Source of the DNA: an uncultured Candidatus Saccharibacteria bacterium | GTDB lineage: Bacteria; Patescibacteriota; Minisyncoccia; Minisyncoccales; JAGMDC01 | NCBI GenBank assembly: GCA_964615205.1 | Contig: CAZTQA010000002.1 | Span: 53,286-117,285, forward strand | Direction: 5' to 3' | DNA: 64,000 nucleotides | Part shown: in pieces, positions 59,245 to 64,000 of the stretch | Numbering within the stretch: position 1 is the stretch's first letter | Layout of the letters: each line of letters opens with the position of its first letter | Notes under the pieces: generated by a model | Database searches by the model: none | The model's input: only the letters and a program-made list of their open reading frames with translations | Told to the model about the DNA's origin: nothing | Program-made: the position numbers and the translations under genes

Positions 59245-59877
59245 TTAAAACAATTTTTTCAGCCAGTTAGAAAATCTGCCCAACAACCATTTATGTTGTT
59301 TTTCCCCTTGGGCTAACTGCTGTAATCTTTCCTGCTCCTGCTCCATATTCTGTATTTGCTCCTGAAGCATAGCTTCTATTTCTCCTTCGCAATCGCATTG
59401 TTCTCTTAATTGGTTCAGCTGTTCTATTCTTTCTCTGTTGCGGTTAACTTCCTGTTCTATCAATTCAGCCGCTTCCTCGTCTCCTCCCGCAAAGAACCTG
59501 ACAATGCGGTTTCTTTTTTCAATCCTCTCTTCTGCCTTAATGGTTGACTGAACCGAATTATTAAACTCCTGGGCAATCTGCGATACTTCAGAACCAATCC
59601 CTCCTATTATGTCTTTCATTTCCAGCAAAGAATGAACCGCTGTTCTTACCTGATTCTGGTTTTTATAAACTTTCTGACTAATTTCTTCCATTGACTGTAT
59701 TTCTTGCTCCATTTCCTGCTGTTTTTGCTCTATTTTCTGCTTTACTTCCTTTATTTTTTCAGCTGCGACCTGGCTCATATTCTGGCTTTGCGCTTGTTGC
59801 TGTATCTGCTGATTTTGAGCCAAAACAGCTGAGGCAAAGAAGATTAAAAATAATGAAAGAATAATTATTTTTTTCAT
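59245..59877 (-). CDS. Secreted Q/E-rich coiled-coil protein
   Basis: Signal peptide; GGIGSEVSQIA motif; helical composition. Confidence 0.65.
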   Translation of the reverse strand: MKKIIILSLFLIFFASAVLAQNQQIQQQAQSQNMSQVAAEKIKEVKQKIEQKQQEMEQEIQSMEEISQKVYKNQNQVRTAVHSLLEMKDIIGGIGSEVSQIAQEFNNSVQSTIKAEERIEKRNRIVRFFAGGDEEAAELIEQEVNRNRERIEQLNQLREQCDCEGEIEAMLQEQIQNMEQEQERLQQLAQGEKQHKWLLGRFSNWLKKLF

Positions 59878-59998
59878 ATTTTTAGAATAAATAAATTATT
59901 GATTAAGACCTTTTGTTCTCATTCTTTTGTTCTAACAATATTATACCAAAAATTCGCCATTTTACCAAATCTCCGCTGCTCGATTCTACATAATAAAA

Positions 59999-60214
59999 TC
60001 AACTGGATAGAAAAAACAGTTTATCAATAGATACTTTTAATTCTTTAGCTAATTTTAAGGCAAGTTTTAAAGATGGATTGTACTTTCCCTGCTCAAGAAA
60101 AACAATGGTTTCTCTGCGCACCTCAACCCGCTTAGCTAATTCTTCTTGAGTTAAGTTTCTTTTAATTCTAAACTCTTTTACTCTTACTCTAATCACGCTC
60201 ATTTCTTCTTTCAT
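59999..60214 (-). CDS. XRE-family HTH transcriptional regulator
   Basis: [32 protein letters not shown]. Confidence 0.9.
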   Translation of the reverse strand: MKEEMSVIRVRVKEFRIKRNLTQEELAKRVEVRRETIVFLEQGKYNPSLKLALKLAKELKVSIDKLFFLSS

Positions 60215-60575
60215 ATATTTTAAATAAGACGGAGTAAAGAAGCATCAAAAAACAGACTGAATACAACAAAGTGCTACCAATGGCGAATAAGACTTCGTTT
60301 TCTTTCTCGGCGATATAGAGAATTAAACCAGCAATAACTGAAAAAGAAACATAAATCGTCATTGCCCACATAGAAGCTTTGCCCGCAATCTTATAATCCC
60401 GTTCATCTGTTATTACTTCTTTTACTCTGTTTCTTAAAGCGTACAAAGAAATCCAGGCAGTTATGAGAAAAATTACAGGCAAATACCAGTTGCCGTAATT
60501 AACAGATACGCTCACTACAATAGCCACAACAGTTACTGCTACAAGTTTATAAACTAAAAACAGTTTTTTGGTCAT
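60189..60575 (-). CDS. DUF2178-like membrane protein
   Basis: [12 protein letters not shown] motif; four TM segments; coupled to the XRE gene; ATG at 60575 preferred. Confidence 0.8.
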   Translation of the reverse strand: MTKKLFLVYKLVAVTVVAIVVSVSVNYGNWYLPVIFLITAWISLYALRNRVKEVITDERDYKIAGKASMWAMTIYVSFSVIAGLILYIAEKENEVLFAIGSTLLYSVCFLMLLYSVLFKIYERRNERD

Positions 60576-60581
60576 TATATT

Positions 60582-60611
60582 AATGTTAGAAAAACATAAC
60601 ATTCTTGTCAA
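60582..60611 (-). promoter_or_regulatory. Promoter TTGACA-N17-TAACAT with overlapping inverted repeat AATGTTA-N8-TAACATT
   Basis: -35 at 60606-60611, -10 at 60583-60588; inverted repeat 60582-60603 is a likely XRE operator; start codon 7 nt past the -10 suggests a leaderless mRNA. Confidence 0.65.
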
Positions 60612-60659
60612 GGGGTAAAACTGTCCTTTTTCTATTGGCTCATCCATGACTTTAATTAT

Positions 60660-61595
60660 TTATTCTAAATTAAAATCAATGCACTCTTCTTCGTTAAAGC
60701 ATTTGCCTTCTCCGCAATCACAAACTTTTACTTCATGGCTATTTTCCAACGAACAACCGCAAGCGCCAATAAGACAGGTGTTTGGGAAATCACCTGTTGA
60801 CTTGCAACACATGGCTGTCGCAACAGTTCCTCCTGAAGATATACAGGCCTGATCTGTTGTTATCTCTTTTATGGTGAACACTACATCGCTAATATCATAT
60901 ACGCTGCTATTTTGACTATCTTCTACAGTAACTAAATACTTATCTGAAGCTGGCAGGTCTTCCACGCCTAAAACTTCTGCATACACATCTTGCACGGTCC
61001 ATTCATATTTGCCCGTGTTTGGAAAATCAGACGTAATGGCAGCACTAAAGCTCTGACCTTCCCCATCACTTAAAATTCCCAACCTTATATTAACAGATTC
61101 CACTTCCTCTGCTGCCCTCCACAATATCTGAACTTTTTTACCCTTTGACCAAACTTCTCCGCCGTTTGGCGAAACAACTATTATACCTTCTTCAGGAACC
61201 ACAACACATCCTGTATAATATTTTTCAATATTATTTTCTAATACAAAAGCAGTATCCCCTTTGCTCCAGAAGATAAAAGATTCATCGCTGTTGGCATAAC
61301 GTCCTCCGTCTGCGGAAATTGTTTGGGGCAGATCAAAGCTTCTGCCATCATTTAAAACAAGCTTCACGCTTCCTGAAGGAATCGGCTGTTCGCCCGGCTC
61401 TACTGATTCCTCTTCTTTTTTATAGAAAGCGGCCTCTATTGTTCTATCGTCATCACAAAGATAAGTAACTTGAGCTATAAGAGATGGCGAAGGAGAAGGA
61501 GAAAGATCTTCCTCTCCATTTTGACTGGCATACCATATTCCCACACCAGCAAGAATAATAAGTATTACTATAATAAATATAAGATTTTTTTTCAT
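60660..61595 (-). CDS. MliC-domain surface protein with Ig-like and Cys-rich domains
   Basis: LPQTISADGGRYA...FWSKGDTA (MliC); VVSPNGGEVW Ig-like domain; C-terminal Cys cluster. Confidence 0.78.
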   Translation of the reverse strand: MKKNLIFIIVILIILAGVGIWYASQNGEEDLSPSPSPSLIAQVTYLCDDDRTIEAAFYKKEEESVEPGEQPIPSGSVKLVLNDGRSFDLPQTISADGGRYANSDESFIFWSKGDTAFVLENNIEKYYTGCVVVPEEGIIVVSPNGGEVWSKGKKVQILWRAAEEVESVNIRLGILSDGEGQSFSAAITSDFPNTGKYEWTVQDVYAEVLGVEDLPASDKYLVTVEDSQNSSVYDISDVVFTIKEITTDQACISSGGTVATAMCCKSTGDFPNTCLIGACGCSLENSHEVKVCDCGEGKCFNEEECIDFNLE

Positions 61596-61634
61596 ATTTT
61601 TAATTTAAATTAATGACCTTTTCTTTAGTATATC

Positions 61635-61768
61635 AAAAAACCGCCTGGCTGCGCAAGGCGGTTTTGGACCTGTCCTCTGCTGGGCTCCCCTTGCTGGACG
61701 CATTTAGAACCCTGGATTGGAAAAAGGTAAGGGAAGAAATGGAATTATTAAAACCTATTTCAATCTAA
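61635..61768 (+). mobile_element. Putative integration scar 1 (terminator plus recombinase-like C-terminal remnant)
   Basis: Start-less frame GLPLLDAFRTLDWKKVREEMELLKPISI*; TGTCCTCTGCTGGGCTC shared with scar 3. Confidence 0.55.
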
Positions 61769-62101
61769 AATAAAAGCTAAAATTCCATATTTGGATAATC
61801 TTTCTTTATATTTCGGAAAAGTATACCAAAGTTTTTTAGCTTCCATCTCTGAAGATGCAAAAGGCATTATTTCCTTAAAATTGAATTTATCTAATAGTTT
61901 ATCTACGGTTTTAAAATGATATACTTTTTCAACCCTCTTTTTGAGCTTTTTGCCTGAACAAGAAAATACTAAAACATCCCCTTCTTTTATTTTTAAGTAT
62001 GTTGAACTACCAGCTCTTGTCTCTATCTTTTTTAAACCTTTCTCAATAGCTTCAAAAAAAGGTTTATCTTTTTTTCTTATTAATAATCTATATTCTTTCA
62101 T
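61760..62101 (-). CDS. ASCH domain protein
   Basis: FFEAIEKGLKKIETR...IKEGDVLVF. Confidence 0.85.
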   Translation of the reverse strand: MKEYRLLIRKKDKPFFEAIEKGLKKIETRAGSSTYLKIKEGDVLVFSCSGKKLKKRVEKVYHFKTVDKLLDKFNFKEIMPFASSEMEAKKLWYTFPKYKERLSKYGILAFILD

Positions 62102-62123
62102 AAATCTATATTTCTATAGTATC

Positions 62124-62210
62124 AAAAAATCGCCAGTTTGGCGACTTTTTTTCTTTGTTGTGCTCCGTCTACGAGACGATGTTAGAATCTGTTTAGTTGA
62201 AGCTAATTGA
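62124..62210 (+). mobile_element. Putative integration scar 2
   Basis: Terminator hairpin followed by start-less VLRLRDDVRICLVEAN*. Confidence 0.45.
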
Positions 62211-62217
62211 TGATAAT

Positions 62218-62388
62218 TTATTGATTTGGAGTTTTTTTAGGTTTCCCTGATACTGATGATGTAGCTACTAAACCTATCCCAACAATAAGTATGGTAATTC
62301 TGGCTGGCAAAGGAAAAACATCTAAAATCATTAAAATAGCACTTACCAGCGCTAATAAAATCCCTAATATAAATAAAGTCTTATTCAT
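62218..62388 (-). CDS. 56-aa two-TM small protein (absent from the ORF track)
   Basis: MNKTLFILGILLALVSAILMILDVFPLPARITILIVGIGLVATSSVSGKPKKTPNQ*; own -10 element and AAAGGTC leader motif. Confidence 0.6.
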   Translation of the reverse strand: MNKTLFILGILLALVSAILMILDVFPLPARITILIVGIGLVATSSVSGKPKKTPNQ

Positions 62389-62518
62389 GGCAAATATATT
62401 TTGTTATCAAATTATTTAGACCTTTGTTTTATTCTACTAAAAAACCGGCCTCTTGACGAGATCGGCTCTAAAAAACAAGCCAACATAAATTGAGTAAGAA
62501 GGATTATTTATCTTAGTA

Positions 62519-62728
62519 TTATTTATTGTTAATATTTTCTTTTTTTTCAACTGTCAAAAAAGTAAGCCACAAAATAAATGGCCTCCGAAGCTTATCTAAA
62601 GACCAATCGTTATCCTTAAAAAGCGAAGCTTTCTCTATTTTAAAACGTGAAAGCAAAGACTTTGTGGCCTGCAGGTTTAAAGGAGATAATTTATTATGTT
62701 CTGATAAAAATTGTTGTTTTTTAGTCAT
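62519..62728 (-). CDS. Small hypothetical protein (69 aa)
   Basis: ATG start; globular-looking sequence; followed by a terminator-like hairpin at 62439-62465. Confidence 0.6.
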   Translation of the reverse strand: MTKKQQFLSEHNKLSPLNLQATKSLLSRFKIEKASLFKDNDWSLDKLRRPFILWLTFLTVEKKENINNK

Positions 62729-62797
62729 TTATTTTTATTTTACATTAATTCTTTGAAAAAATCAAGCTCTTTTCAAAAATCTGAAAATGCCTAAACC

Positions 62798-62942
62798 AAA
62801 AGAACGAGGTCTGTCCTCGTTCCGTTTGTCTTCTGCTGGGCTCGCCCTAGCGAACGATTTTAGAACCTTGAGATGAGAAGATGTGTTTAAATATCCCGAA
62901 ACAACCCTACTCCAGTTAAAGGAATTGGTGGGACAATACTAG
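62798..62942 (+). mobile_element. Putative integration scar 3
   Basis: Hairpin GAACGAGG-TCTGT-CCTCGTTC, then GLALANDFRTLR*EDVFKYPETTLLQLKELVGQY*. Confidence 0.55.
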
Positions 62943-62962
62943 AGCCTATTTTAATCTAAAAC

Positions 62963-64000
62963 CTATTTGTTATATTTTTCTTTACCAATTTGGATCTCTG
63001 GCTCTATTTCTGCAACTCCCATTACAACATCCTTGCTAGCATAAAATTTCAATTCATTATAATCGTCTACATAAGAATTATAGATTAGCGCAAAACCTTG
63101 CTTTATTGTATTAAAAAAAACTCCGTTGTTCTCTATCCAGTTAACATTTAAACAATTAGCTGTGAAACCCTGGCTTGAACTAAAAACAGGACGAGAAGAA
63201 AGAGTAATTTGAGGTTGTTCAGACCAAAAAGAATTATCTTTTTGTTTTAAGTTTACATCTATAGTTTGATCAAGCTCTGTTTTAAAGCTTAATAGATAAA
63301 TTTCATTGTTCCAATTTGGACAGATTAAAGGAAACTTCTCCTCTTTAACGGATTGATACTCCATCCAATTATCTTCTATTTTTTCTTGATATACTATATT
63401 GCCTAACGGATAATTTACCCAGGAAACATGAAGATCATCAGCCTTATCTAAGTTAAAGTGCGGAAAAACATTATTTCCCGAATCTATCCCAATTATCTCT
63501 GATGGCAATTCCGTAGGTATCCAGTTCCAATCCTCTTTACGATACTTAATAAGTCTATTTTCCCCAGTGGAATCGTTTCCTGCCCATAAAATATGAACAA
63601 TATCTTTAGAGTCAATATTGATTAGAGGATCATTTTGTTGAAAATCAGCAACTGCAATATATTGCGTCTCTTCCCATCCGATAGTATTTCTTTTTTGGTA
63701 TTTTAAAATAGAATTTCCGGTATCATAGTCTGGCTCGCTCCAAATAACATGAACTTCGTCTTTGGAATCAATCATAATATGAGGACCAGGAAAAGCGTTA
63801 GCATCTATTTTCTCTCTTAATCTTTCTACTCCGTCTGAATTAACCACTACATATTGAAAATAATGGGAATCTACAAGGCACTTAGGATCATTTTCATCTC
63901 TTACTATAGTCATAGCCTGTCATAACATATGAATATTATCCTTTGAATCAATCCCAATAGAAGAGAAATGACCTCCACCATTTGGGCTTTGGTCAGCATA
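62963..64000 (-). pseudogene. Beta-propeller (IDSKDxxHxxW repeat) protein, 5'-truncated by the window, with in-frame TGA
   Basis: The frame continues past the called start to the window edge: ...GIDSKDNIHML*QAMTIVR; TGA at 63920-63922. Confidence 0.65.

Noticed and set aside
59960-59995. Fourth recombinase-tail scar (CTCCGCTGCTCGATTC)
   Set aside because: Resemblance needs a frameshift and lacks the FRT/VR motif; too weak to call
61671-61712. Intact tRNA gene on the minus strand
   Set aside because: Only a GGTTCTAA...GGAGC resemblance to a 3' end; no cloverleaf can be built
61941-62210. 89-aa plus-strand CDS
   Set aside because: Mostly antisense to the ASCH gene and runs through a terminator; only the last 16 codons look meaningful and are treated as a scar
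1-64000. Genome-wide alternative genetic code (UGA as Gly or Trp)
   Set aside because: Conserved genes such as nrdD and nrdG end at TGA at the expected length, and long ORFs are intact under code 11

Overview
AT-rich bacterial chromosomal segment using the standard code (TGA is used as a stop). About 50 genes lie almost all on the minus strand. The gene repertoire (PaaX/Cas2-like solo regulator, four-helix-bundle/HTH protein, cohesin repeats, DUF916-like and DUF5667-like proteins, no obvious Shine-Dalgarno sites) points to a Patescibacteria/CPR (Parcubacteria-like) genome; this is an inference. Housekeeping genes include clpB, an htrA-like protease, comEC, nrdD/nrdG, ychF, a GT2/GH/EamA/GH1 cluster and a MacAB-type ABC exporter. 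Main points of interest: (1) a 16.5-kb surface-assembly locus (27.5-44 kb) with a giant HTH-TM-adhesin split by an exact 8-bp duplication, a WxL/pilin-like subunit, two DUF916-like partners, one dockerin protein and four tandem cohesin proteins; (2) gene modules bracketed by palindrome-containing direct repeats that abut stop codons (7.8/12.0/12.6 kb around a PaaX/Cas2-like gene; 52.5/58.3 kb); (3) a phased array of four TGTCATATGACA palindromes upstream of an ECF sigma gene; (4) three stacked scars resembling recombinase C-termini at 61.6-62.9 kb; (5) a ~143-nt branched structured element at 21.1 kb; (6) a recurring AAAGGTC(G) leader motif. No rRNA, intact tRNA, CRISPR array, transposase or integrase was seen. 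All family assignments come from motif recognition by eye, not from database searches.
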